A stretch of DNA of 64,000 bases from sequence record DRR378314_409; one strand, 5' to 3'. Position numbers and translations under genes: made by a program. Below the pieces are notes generated by a model, which searched no databases, had not been told where the DNA came from, and saw only the letters and a list, made by a program, of their open reading frames with translations. Shown here piece by piece: positions 40,060-49,195 of this stretch (position 1 is its first letter; the number at the start of each line of letters is the position of its first letter).

Positions 40060-40923
40060 ATGAATGAGCAACACATACAAACGGAACAAAAAGGCGGCAT
40101 CTTAATCATTCGTCTTAACAGGCCTGAGCAGATGAATGCCTTTACGATCCAGATGGGGGAGGAGCTAATTGCTGAACTTGATCGCGCGGATGAAGATGAC
40201 AGTGTTCGAGCCATCATTTTCACCGGTAATGGGCGCGCTTTTTGTGCGGGCATGGATCTTTCCAGTGAAGGCAATGTGTTTGGTCTTGATGAAACGGTAG
40301 ATGCTAGCTCCTCTGACATGAAAAAGAACCGGGACCTTGGCGGTGTTCTTACTTTAAGGATGTTTCGAATGAAAAAGCCTCTGATTGGGGCGATCAATGG
40401 GGCATCGGTGGGGGTGGGCTCTACAATGCAATTGCCAATGGATGTGCGGCTTGGATCAGAAAGAGCACGGTTTGGCTTTGTGTTTTCTCAGCGTGGCGTC
40501 AGTCTGGAAAGCTGTGCAAGTTGGTTCTTGCCGCGCCTGGTCGGTTTGCCCAAAGCCTTGGAATGGTCATTCAGTGGCAGGGTTTTCGGGGCAGAAGAAG
40601 CCTTAAAAGGCGGCTTGATCAGTGAGATTGTCCAAGGTGATAAATTGCTTGAGCGCGCGATTGAAATAGCGGGTGAATTTATCGGAAATACGAGCGCTAT
40701 GTCAGTGGCGATAAATCGGCAATTGTTATGGCGTATGATGGGTGCAGATCACCCGATGCAGGCGCATAAACTGGAAAGCCGAACCATGTATCATACGAGT
40801 ATGAGAGACGGAAAAGAAGGCGTTCAATCGTTTCTGGAAAAGCGGTCCCCCGAATTTCAGGATCAAATCTCCCTTGGGGCACCGCGTGGTTTTGACTGGA
40901 ATGAAGAGCCTGACTGGTCCTGA
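40060..40923 (+). CDS. Enoyl-CoA hydratase/isomerase family protein
   Basis: LNRPEQMNAF, FCAGMDL, KPLIGAING, EGVQSFLEKR. Confidence 0.93.
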   Translation: MNEQHIQTEQKGGILIIRLNRPEQMNAFTIQMGEELIAELDRADEDDSVRAIIFTGNGRAFCAGMDLSSEGNVFGLDETVDASSSDMKKNRDLGGVLTLRMFRMKKPLIGAINGASVGVGSTMQLPMDVRLGSERARFGFVFSQRGVSLESCASWFLPRLVGLPKALEWSFSGRVFGAEEALKGGLISEIVQGDKLLERAIEIAGEFIGNTSAMSVAINRQLLWRMMGADHPMQAHKLESRTMYHTSMRDGKEGVQSFLEKRSPEFQDQISLGAPRGFDWNEEPDWS

Positions 40924-40927
40924 ATGA

Positions 40928-40959
40928 AAAGAAGCCCGGTTTTCAGACCGGGCTTCTTT
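40928..40959. terminator. Bidirectional intrinsic terminator
   Basis: AAAGAAGCCCGGT / ACCGGGCTTCTTT between convergent genes. Confidence 0.88.
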
Positions 40960-40983
40960 CTAAAGTCTTCGATTTATTCAGTT

Positions 40984-42036
40984 TTAGAATTCGAATGTGT
41001 AATTGACAAGTAGTCCCAGAATGCGGCTGTCCACATCATCTTCTTCGGCGAGGCGGTAGCCTGCCGCTACGAAAAGTCCAAAATCAAACTCATATCCGAC
41101 GGTCGCGTCTGCGTAATAGTCTTCGACGTTTGTCCCGCCGCTATCCGTGTCCCGGTAGTGATAGCTGGTTGTAAAAGACCAACTATTGTAACCAAGCGTA
41201 GCGCCAGCGGTTCCATATAAAATATCATCTCCGTTGATGCCACCTGCATCCTCCAAAAAGGCAATCTCGCCAATTGGAGTCAGGGTGAAATCTTCATTAA
41301 GCGGAATTTCATATTCAACGCCGAAGGCGTATCCGAGTTGATCGGTGTTACCATCATCACCCTCTTCAAGAGAGGTGAAACCGAGATGATAGCGGAAGCC
41401 TTCTAACCCATCAAAGCCACCATCAAGTGCGAGTGCAAAAGACTCCAGGCTTTCCGTGTTTGCCGGGCCGCCGTCAGATTCCTCCAGCGGACCGCGGCTG
41501 TCGCCTAGAGAGTCACTGAGGAAGGTAGTATCTGCGAAAAAGACACTGCCAGAGAGGGTATGATCACCAGCGGCATTAAAGTTTACGCCACCACCGAAAC
41601 CAATGACTTCAGCGACCTCGTAGTCATCTGCCAGGTTGCCCCAACCAAGTCCGGGTGTCGCATCCCAGGCTATCCCGAAGTTAGCGCCAAATTTACCTGC
41701 GTATACTGAAAAATCGTCAGTATCATAGTTGACAGTCAAGACGCCGATATAGGCGCCAATGTCGTCAAATTCGCGATCCTTAGAAGTTTCATCAATGGAT
41801 TCCATTGTGGCTTCCAGATTGGCAGAAAACTCTGGAGTAACGGCAAATTTTGTAACGAGCTCTACGGTTGGATAGAGATCATTTATTTCGGCTGCTTTGT
41901 CATCGGAATGATGGGTCCAATCATTTTCGATTTCAATGGAAACCTCACCAGAAATATTGGGATAACTGGTATCATCTGCAATCGCTGGTGATGAAATGAG
42001 AAGCAAAGGTAGCAGGCTGGAGGTAATTTTCTTCAT
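40984..42036 (-). CDS. Acidic outer-membrane beta-barrel protein (porin, possibly LbtU-like)
   Basis: Signal peptide, alternating amphipathic strands, C-terminal YTFEF. Confidence 0.7.
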   Translation of the reverse strand: MKKITSSLLPLLLISSPAIADDTSYPNISGEVSIEIENDWTHHSDDKAAEINDLYPTVELVTKFAVTPEFSANLEATMESIDETSKDREFDDIGAYIGVLTVNYDTDDFSVYAGKFGANFGIAWDATPGLGWGNLADDYEVAEVIGFGGGVNFNAAGDHTLSGSVFFADTTFLSDSLGDSRGPLEESDGGPANTESLESFALALDGGFDGLEGFRYHLGFTSLEEGDDGNTDQLGYAFGVEYEIPLNEDFTLTPIGEIAFLEDAGGINGDDILYGTAGATLGYNSWSFTTSYHYRDTDSGGTNVEDYYADATVGYEFDFGLFVAAGYRLAEEDDVDSRILGLLVNYTFEF

Positions 42037-42083
42037 AGGAAGACTCGTCTGGTTGGGTGAATGTCACCGAAGGAAAGTGCAAT

Positions 42084-42127
42084 TGATAATAATAGTCACT
42101 CTTAATAAGGAGAAATCCAATTGTCAA
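42084..42127 (-). promoter_or_regulatory. sigma70-type promoter with adjacent Fur/IRO-like box
   Basis: TTGACA-N17-TAAGAG on the minus strand; TGATAAT-A-ATAGTCA at 42084-42098. Confidence 0.55.
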
Positions 42128-42214
42128 AAATGTGACATCTTATCCAGTGATTGTGATGACGAAAGCACAGGTGCCAATGTGAATATGCTGGTTGTCGTAA
42201 GGGGGGTATAACTT

Positions 42215-43441
42215 TTAGGGGGCAGCAGAACTGTCCGGCAATGCAATTGACACGACGGTTGCTAGACATAAAAAGCCTGCAGATATAAACAAGCACATAT
42301 CCAGTCCCCAGGATTGATAGGCCCAACCAGAAAGTACGGTTCCAATCAGTCGCCCCATTGCGTTTGCCATATAATAAAAACCAACATCCATAGAGACACC
42401 ATCGGATTTGGCATAACTGACAATCAGATAACTATGGACGGAGGAATTTAAGGCGAACAGGGCACCAAAAATCATCAAACCGGTTATCAAGGTTTCTTCT
42501 ATGGGCCACCCTGAGATGATTAAGGCCGCAATTACGGCTGGAGTAACGGCAAGTGGGATAACCAAAAACAGTGCCGTTCTGCCGCCAGGACTACTGTTTC
42601 GCTTGGTCCCAGTTAAGATTGGCGCGATGGACTGAATGAAACCATATCCAACCACCCAAGTGGCGAAGAAAGTCCCAACACTCCAATGGTCCCAACCAAG
42701 TTCTGCAGAGAAATAAACGGGGAGTGCGACAACAAACCATACATCCCGAGAGCCAAAAAGAAATAGCCGCGCTGCAGAGAGGATATTCACAGACCGACTT
42801 TTGGAAAAGATTTCCCTGAATTTTGGTTTGTTTTTTGCTATTCCCATATCCTGTTTCAAAAGGATCAGGCTAAGGAAAAAGACAGCAGCCAATGCAGCCA
42901 GCATGATCAGCACAGCACCTTGGAATGTGGTGAAGGCGAGCAGAAGGCCGCCAATGAAGAAACCGGCTCCTTTGAGGGCATTTTTTGAACCTGTCAGGAT
43001 GGCAACCCATCGATATAATGCAGTCTCAGCATTTGCAGGAACCAAGGTCTTAATGGCACTTTTCGCGCTCATTTTATTGAGGTCTTTCGCTATGCCGGAA
43101 ATCGCTTGTGCAGCCATGACCCAAGGGACCATCAAATACTCTGCTGGAGCCAGGAGCATCCCAAGCGCCAGGATTTGCAGGCATAGTCCCACGTTCATTG
43201 TTCGGTTGAGACCAACCCTCGCGCCTAACCATCCTCCTATCAGGTTCGTGATGACGCCAAAAATTTCATAGAATAGAAATAGCATGGCGATTTCAAAAGG
43301 ACTATACCCCAGTTGGTGGAAATGGAGCACCACCAGCATTCTAAGAGCGCCATCAGTCAAGGTGAAAGCCCAGTAATTCCCAGTGATAACCAGATACTGT
43401 CCTATAGGTGATTTCAAACCTTTGACGGCAATCTCACTCAC
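42215..43441 (-). CDS. arsJ: Organoarsenical efflux MFS transporter ArsJ
   Basis: [55 protein letters not shown]; coupled to gap. Confidence 0.95.
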   Translation of the reverse strand: MSEIAVKGLKSPIGQYLVITGNYWAFTLTDGALRMLVVLHFHQLGYSPFEIAMLFLFYEIFGVITNLIGGWLGARVGLNRTMNVGLCLQILALGMLLAPAEYLMVPWVMAAQAISGIAKDLNKMSAKSAIKTLVPANAETALYRWVAILTGSKNALKGAGFFIGGLLLAFTTFQGAVLIMLAALAAVFFLSLILLKQDMGIAKNKPKFREIFSKSRSVNILSAARLFLFGSRDVWFVVALPVYFSAELGWDHWSVGTFFATWVVGYGFIQSIAPILTGTKRNSSPGGRTALFLVIPLAVTPAVIAALIISGWPIEETLITGLMIFGALFALNSSVHSYLIVSYAKSDGVSMDVGFYYMANAMGRLIGTVLSGWAYQSWGLDMCLFISAGFLCLATVVSIALPDSSAAP

Positions 43442-44448
43442 TGGTCACTCATCCCAACGATATGTGTAATTTCTGCAGTCCTGTTGGCATATCCCCATTC
43501 ATTATCGTACCAGGAGTAGATTTTTACCTGTGATCCATTGATGACCATCGTTGACAGGGCATCAATGATACTGGATCGCGGATCTGTCTTATAATCAATG
43601 GAGACAAGAGGTCGATCCTCAAACCCCAGAATGTCTTTCAGATAGGTTTCGGACGCTTCGCGAAGCAGTAAATTTATCTCTTCTGCTGTTGTTTGGCGTT
43701 TAACTTCAAACACACAATCGGTCAGTGATGCATTGGTCAGAGGAACGCGGATAGCATGACCGTTAAGTTTGCCCTTTAGCTCTGGAAAAATATGGGTGAT
43801 AGCGGTTGCCGATCCAGTGGTTGTCGGGATCAGGCTCATCCCACAGGCGCGGGCCCGGCGTAGATCCTTATGCGGCGTATCCAGAATTGATTGCGTGTTT
43901 GTCAGATCGTGAATTGTGGTCATGGATCCATGCAGAATGCCCAATTGCTCGTGGATCACTTTAACGATTGGCGCCAGGCAATTTGTTGTGCAGGAAGCCG
44001 CAGTGACAATCGGGTGTTTTTCGGGCGTAAACAAGTCATCATTTACGCCCATCACAATATTAAGGACATCGTCTTCTTTAACCGGCGCGGTTACGACCAC
44101 TCTTTTCACACCCTGGTCCAAATATGGCTGCAAGACTGTCTGAGATTTAAACTTTCCAGACGCTTCAATCACCACATCACAGTCTGACCAATCTGTTTCA
44201 GAGATACTGCTGTTATACGTAAAAGAAATCGGGGTTTCATCAATAGTTAGTGAGGTGCCGTTGGCACTGATATGCGCATTCCAGCGACCATGAATAGAAT
44301 CAAATTCCAACAGATGAGCAAAAACTTCGGCTGTACCTGCCGGGTCATTGATCTGACTAAATTCAAGATCGGGATTTGACCAGCCTGCACGTAATGCCAG
44401 CCGGCCCATGCGTCCAAAACCGTTAATTCCAACCTTGATTGCCATCAT
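43438..44448 (-). CDS. gap: ArsJ-associated glyceraldehyde-3-phosphate dehydrogenase
   Basis: [30 protein letters not shown]; 4-nt overlap with arsJ. Confidence 0.95.
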   Translation of the reverse strand: MMAIKVGINGFGRMGRLALRAGWSNPDLEFSQINDPAGTAEVFAHLLEFDSIHGRWNAHISANGTSLTIDETPISFTYNSSISETDWSDCDVVIEASGKFKSQTVLQPYLDQGVKRVVVTAPVKEDDVLNIVMGVNDDLFTPEKHPIVTAASCTTNCLAPIVKVIHEQLGILHGSMTTIHDLTNTQSILDTPHKDLRRARACGMSLIPTTTGSATAITHIFPELKGKLNGHAIRVPLTNASLTDCVFEVKRQTTAEEINLLLREASETYLKDILGFEDRPLVSIDYKTDPRSSIIDALSTMVINGSQVKIYSWYDNEWGYANRTAEITHIVGMSDQ

Positions 44449-44489
44449 TACACCTGTATTTGAGATTATTGCCTATCAGCAGTGCTGGT

Positions 44490-44518
44490 ATTCCATTTTT
44501 ATTGCAGTTTTTTGACGG
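44490..44518 (-). promoter_or_regulatory. Pho-box-like 11-bp direct repeats upstream of gap-arsJ
   Basis: CCGTCAA-AAAA-CTGCAAT-AAAA-ATGGAAT on the minus strand. Confidence 0.5.
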
Positions 44519-44590
44519 TGTTGCACGCGGGGCTGTTGATTGGGAAAATAAGGGTTGCATTATTGCTTTAACTGCTTGGCTTTTTATCGA

Positions 44591-44604
44591 TTGATCGGGG
44601 TCAA
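44591..44604. promoter_or_regulatory. FNR/FnrL/FixK box
   Basis: TTGAT-CGGG-GTCAA, one mismatch to TTGAT-N4-ATCAA. Confidence 0.7.
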
Positions 44605-44669
44605 TGCTAGGCTGCAAATCCTAGGTTAGCAAGTATCTGAACGGGTAAAATGATTGAGGAGTTTAGGTG

Positions 44670-44987
44670 ATGCAGGATTTAGCAAAACTAAAAGGCGAAT
44701 TGAACAACCGTCTTGCAGAGTTGGAAGCACGCATCCAAGAATATGAGCATAGTCTGCGCGCTGGACATAGCAGCAATTTTTCTGAACAGGCAACCGAACG
44801 TGAGGATGACGAAGTGATCGAACGTCTGGAAAAAGAGGCGTTGGATGAGGTTGTCCAGATCAAGCAAGCGTTGGACCGTATCGATCAAGGTGCCTATGGA
44901 ACCTGTATGACTTGCGGCGAACCTATCGGTGAAAAACGCCTGGAAGCTTTACCCTTTGCAGTTGCCTGTGTTGAGTGCGCAAAATAG
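44670..44987 (+). CDS. TraR/DksA family C4 zinc-finger protein
   Basis: Coiled coil, YGTCMTCGEPI..KRLEALP...CVEC. Confidence 0.92.
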   Translation: MQDLAKLKGELNNRLAELEARIQEYEHSLRAGHSSNFSEQATEREDDEVIERLEKEALDEVVQIKQALDRIDQGAYGTCMTCGEPIGEKRLEALPFAVACVECAK

Positions 44988-45013
44988 AGGCCGCAGCAAA
45001 ACAGCCTCTATTT
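44982..45013. terminator. Hairpin between convergent genes (probable terminator)
   Basis: AAATAGAGGC / GCCTCTATTT inverted repeat. Confidence 0.65.
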
Positions 45014-45024
45014 CAACAATGAAT

Positions 45025-45978
45025 TTAAAGCTTTAGTCCGCAGTTCAGAAAGGCGTTTTTCGTTATTTCTTTTTCTTCTTCTGTCAATTGTAACAGCGGG
45101 GAGCGGACCGGTCCGCCGGCTTGACCCAGAAGTTCCTGCCAGTATTTTTGATGTGCTTGTGGCTTTCCGCCTGGACGTGTTCCTTTCAAGGCTTGACGGA
45201 CCGGTTCGAGGCTATCTCGAATTTTTCTGGCTTCATCAATCTTTCCGGCAAGAGCGAGCTGAGTATACTCATGCATCCGCTTATCGTTTTTCGTCTGTAA
45301 TAGATATGGTGGTGACGAACATAGATAGAGCTGCCAATCCAACTCCACCATGTTATCAAACCACTCGTCTTCAGATGCTGTGCTGACCAATATCTTATCA
45401 CCAGCAAGTTCGGTCAGTTTTTTATACATTGGCCGTTCAACGCTGTATTTGATTGCAACAATATTGGGGAGTTCGGCAATCCGGGCACAGAGTTCAGGGC
45501 TCATCAGGTATCCACTGTCTGGGTGGCTCCACATGGCGATCCCAATATTTACGGCCTCAGAAACGGTCTTATAATATTGATAAACCGTTTCCTCTTGATC
45601 AGTTACAAAATGCAGGATCGGAGCATGCACGACAATGTAATCTGCACCGACGGCTTCGGCATGTTTGGCAAGCTCAATAACAGTATCAAAATTCTGATCG
45701 GAACAGGACATGATGGTTTGCCCAGTATTTCCAACTTCATCAACTGCGATTTCAAAATTGCGCTTTCGCTCCTCCAGGCTCATGGAGAAAAATTCACCCT
45801 GCTTTCCAGCAATAAACAAGCCTTCGATTTCCAGATCATCAATCCAATGTCGAATATTTTTCCGAAGCCCTGCTTCGTTCAACGAGAAATCGGGATTAAA
45901 CGGGTTTAAGGCAGCAGCCCATATCCCTTTCATATGTTCACGGGCGTAGGCTTTTGCATCTAATTTGCTATATTTCAT
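45025..45978 (-). CDS. DapA/NAL-family lyase, non-canonical
   Basis: GKQGEFFSMSLEERK, AEAVGAD, PNIVAIKYS Schiff-base Lys. Confidence 0.88.
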   Translation of the reverse strand: MKYSKLDAKAYAREHMKGIWAAALNPFNPDFSLNEAGLRKNIRHWIDDLEIEGLFIAGKQGEFFSMSLEERKRNFEIAVDEVGNTGQTIMSCSDQNFDTVIELAKHAEAVGADYIVVHAPILHFVTDQEETVYQYYKTVSEAVNIGIAMWSHPDSGYLMSPELCARIAELPNIVAIKYSVERPMYKKLTELAGDKILVSTASEDEWFDNMVELDWQLYLCSSPPYLLQTKNDKRMHEYTQLALAGKIDEARKIRDSLEPVRQALKGTRPGGKPQAHQKYWQELLGQAGGPVRSPLLQLTEEEKEITKNAFLNCGLKL

Positions 45979-48188
45979 GTGGTCGCTTCCTCTTGGCTTG
46001 ACTGCAGGGCTCTCCAGATTTTCTCACTGGTCAACGGCATCTGCAGTTCAGTAACTGAATAATTTCGCAACGCGTGGTGGACGGCGTTAAGAATGGCAAC
46101 CGGAGTTGCAATTGTTCCGGCTTCACCGACACCTTTTGCGCCTAGTAGATTTTTAGGAGACGGAGTTTCTTGTTTGGAAATGTGAATATCCGGCATGTCC
46201 GCCGCACGGGGCATCGCGTAATCCATAAAAGATCCTGTAAGCAGCTGACCATCGTCTGAATATTGGATCTGTTCCATTAATGCTTCGCCAACGCCTTGGG
46301 CAATGCCGCCGTGGATTTGGCCCTCAACCATCATTGGATTAATGATGGTGCCGGCATCATCAATGCAAGTGATTTGATCGATGGAAAGTTGACCCGTTAG
46401 CGTCTCGATGGAGATTTCAGCAAGATATGCCCCATATCCCCAGGCTTCCCCCTCGTTTTCATATCGAACGGAAGCTGTTACCGCTTCGCTCGGATGAAGA
46501 TTTCCGTTCGTTTGATTTAAGACCTCTTGCGCGGCTTGTAGTAGGGCGCTTCCGCCAATTGCGGTACTGCGACTGGCAAGAGCCCCAATGCCTTCAGGGC
46601 ACGTCTGGCTATTCCCATGGGCGAGGGTGATCTTGTCGAACTCCACGCCAAACGTATCGGATAGAATTTGCCGGAAAGCAGTTTCTCGGCCGTGTCCCTG
46701 ACTGCTGCCACCCGTCGCGGCAGATACCGTTCCATCTGGATTTAAAGTGACCGTTGCGCTTTCCCATCCCTGACCGCAAGGTTCGATGTAAAAAGAAAGG
46801 CCTAGTCCCTTCAGAATATCCTGATCTGCTGTGTCCTCGATTTTTTTCTTTTTAGAAAAATAGTCTGTGCTGTTAATGAGATCATTGAATAGATTTGCAT
46901 AATGGCCGGAATCCAGATGGGCTCCGGTGATGGTTTTCTGGTCCAGATCTTCTGATTTTCGAAAATTTTGAAGCCGTAACGCCACCGGATCCAAGCCGGT
47001 TTTCCGGGCAGCCTCATCTACCAGTCTTTCGATCAACGTGACAGCTTCAGGTCTGCCCGCGCCCCTGTAAATTCCCACAGGTGCTGTATGAAGCTTAATT
47101 CCGTTCGTCGTGAGATCCAGCGCGTCAATTTTATAGGGGCCGGGTAGCATGCGCATCGCATTCCATGCAGGAATGGCCGCACTATTTGGTAACCAGTGAC
47201 CGACAGGCGCAAAAGCTTCTGCTTTCAGGGCTAAAAACTGACCGTCTTTATTGAGCGCAAGTGATCCTTTGGTTTTCAGGCCCCGGCCATGTGTTGCAGA
47301 GAGTAGGTCCTCGTTGCGGGTAGAAATCCATTTGACTGAGCGTTTGAGTTCAAAGGCAGCCCATACCGTAAAAACTTCTTCTGGGTAGAGAGAGGCTTTC
47401 ATGCCAAAAGCCCCGCCGACATCTGGTGCGATTACATTGATTTTCTCTGCCGGAATGTTGAGAATACGGGCGAGTTCGCTTTTTGCCCGGTGGGGCGTTT
47501 GGGTCGAAAGGTAAACCAGAACACTTTTATCTGTTGCGCAATATTCGACTGCTATTGCCCGGTTTTCCATCGGTGAGGGCGCCAGTCTTGGATGCTGAAT
47601 TTCAACTTCAACAACGTGATCAGCTTGTGAAAAATTATCATCGACATTGCCCGTCTGCCATGACTGCCCAAGTACGTTTGGTGTCCCATCATCAACAGAG
47701 CCTAGTGAAACCCGAACAGTGTCAGAGGGGTCTATGTCTGCGATGACCAACTCAGCAGCGTCCTGTCCGATTTGGGAAGTAGAGGCAGCGATCGCCGCGA
47801 TCGGTTGTCCAACGGCCTCAACATGACCATCAGCAAGGATCGGGTAATCAAGTTCTTCTACCTTTTCAAGGATGGGATTGACTTTTAACTTGCCTAAATG
47901 CCGAACATCTTTTCCTGAAAATACGCTAATAACATTATCTAGATCCTTAGCCTCTTCCAGATCTAAAGAGGTAATTTTTCCGTTAGGTGTGTTGGCGCGA
48001 ATAAACGTGATGTATAGTGGATCTTTCAAGGGGACATCATCCACATAACGGCCGGCCCCGGTGATGAGTTTCTCATCTTCAACCCTCAATACGGCATCGC
48101 CGATCCGCACTTTCCCTACACTTGCAGGTTTCTGCCTTACCAATGGCGTAGAGCGATCTTTTTTTTGAAACCATTTGAAAAACTTCAA
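45975..48188 (-). CDS. Xanthine dehydrogenase family molybdopterin-binding large subunit
   Basis: RVEDEKLITGAGRYVDD, STQTPH, APDVGGAFGMK, YRGAGRPE, AKGVGEAG; start uncertain (TTG 48188 with GGAGA RBS, GTG 48110 or TTG 48239). Confidence 0.92.
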   Translation of the reverse strand: MKFFKWFQKKDRSTPLVRQKPASVGKVRIGDAVLRVEDEKLITGAGRYVDDVPLKDPLYITFIRANTPNGKITSLDLEEAKDLDNVISVFSGKDVRHLGKLKVNPILEKVEELDYPILADGHVEAVGQPIAAIAASTSQIGQDAAELVIADIDPSDTVRVSLGSVDDGTPNVLGQSWQTGNVDDNFSQADHVVEVEIQHPRLAPSPMENRAIAVEYCATDKSVLVYLSTQTPHRAKSELARILNIPAEKINVIAPDVGGAFGMKASLYPEEVFTVWAAFELKRSVKWISTRNEDLLSATHGRGLKTKGSLALNKDGQFLALKAEAFAPVGHWLPNSAAIPAWNAMRMLPGPYKIDALDLTTNGIKLHTAPVGIYRGAGRPEAVTLIERLVDEAARKTGLDPVALRLQNFRKSEDLDQKTITGAHLDSGHYANLFNDLINSTDYFSKKKKIEDTADQDILKGLGLSFYIEPCGQGWESATVTLNPDGTVSAATGGSSQGHGRETAFRQILSDTFGVEFDKITLAHGNSQTCPEGIGALASRSTAIGGSALLQAAQEVLNQTNGNLHPSEAVTASVRYENEGEAWGYGAYLAEISIETLTGQLSIDQITCIDDAGTIINPMMVEGQIHGGIAQGVGEALMEQIQYSDDGQLLTGSFMDYAMPRAADMPDIHISKQETPSPKNLLGAKGVGEAGTIATPVAILNAVHHALRNYSVTELQMPLTSEKIWRALQSSQEEATT

Positions 48189-48312
48189 TAAATTTCTCCG
48201 TCCGGCGCGGCTGATGTCTTTTAAAGACCCCGTTTGCAAGCAGGGGTGTTGATTGATTGCGCTTTAACTTGTCCAATATTGGCTATAATTCCAAATCATA
48301 ATAATTTATCTT

Positions 48313-48333
48313 GGTATCAGAATTATGGATAAC
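48313..48333 (-). promoter_or_regulatory. Putative LysR operator, copy 1
   Basis: GTTAT-CCATAATTCTG-ATACC on the minus strand, oriented toward the Mo-enzyme gene. Confidence 0.65.
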
Positions 48334-48400
48334 AACCTGCCTTCGATATTGGTTAGCTTATGAGTAGATGTTGACCCGAGAGAGAAAAGAGAATGCAAAA

Positions 48401-49195
48401 ATGAAGCTAGCAATAATTGGGTATGGTGCCATTGCCAGCTACGCTGCAACCAAACTACGTGAAATTAATGATGTTGATTTGGCTTATGTGATTTGCCGTC
48501 AGGGGCGCGAAGCAAATGCCGTGCAAGCAATCGGCGGTGCCGTGCAACCCATTATCAATGCGCAGCAGATAGCTGATGAAGTCGATCTGGTTTTGGAGTG
48601 TGGTGGGCATGAAGCTTTTAAGGCGCACGCACCGATCATTTTGGAACAGGGCTGCGATCTGGTTTCCGTATCCTCAGGTGTGATGTCGGACGGTGAGTTG
48701 GCTGATAGGCTGTGGCAAATCTGTGAGCACTCCGGAGCTCGGCTGGAATTTACGACCGGCGCAGTTGGGGCCATGGATGCGTTGAACGCTGCGCGCATCG
48801 GCGGCCTGGAGGAAGTTCTTTATATTGGGCGAAAACGACCCTTGGGCTGGAAAGGGTCCAGAGCAGACACTATTCTCAATCTGGAGAGTGTACAAGAACC
48901 GACGCTACATTTTAAAGGTTCCGCCAGAGAGGCTGCAAAGCTTTATCCAAAGAACGCGAATGTTGCTGCAACCATCGGTATGAGCGGCATTGGTATGGAG
49001 AAGACGTTTGTCGAATTGTATGCAGATCCAACAATCGACAAGAATATTCATGAGCTGCAGGTGAAAGGCGCTTTCGGATCTTTTACCTTTCGAGTGGAAG
49101 GAGCCTCGCTTCCCGATAACCCAAAATCATCGGCTTTGACGGCTATGAGTGTCGTCTCTTCGGTTCAAAAGCGCGTTTCCAGGATTTCAACTTAA
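48401..49195 (+). CDS. nadX: L-aspartate dehydrogenase family protein
   Basis: GYGAI, ECGGHEA, GAVGAMDAL, SAREAAKLYPKNANVAAT, NPKSSALTAMS. Confidence 0.9.
   Translation: MKLAIIGYGAIASYAATKLREINDVDLAYVICRQGREANAVQAIGGAVQPIINAQQIADEVDLVLECGGHEAFKAHAPIILEQGCDLVSVSSGVMSDGELADRLWQICEHSGARLEFTTGAVGAMDALNAARIGGLEEVLYIGRKRPLGWKGSRADTILNLESVQEPTLHFKGSAREAAKLYPKNANVAATIGMSGIGMEKTFVELYADPTIDKNIHELQVKGAFGSFTFRVEGASLPDNPKSSALTAMSVVSSVQKRVSRIST

Noticed and set aside
45975-48188. Aerobic CO dehydrogenase (coxL form I)
   Set aside because: Lacks the AYxCSFR loop and the coxM, coxS and accessory genes
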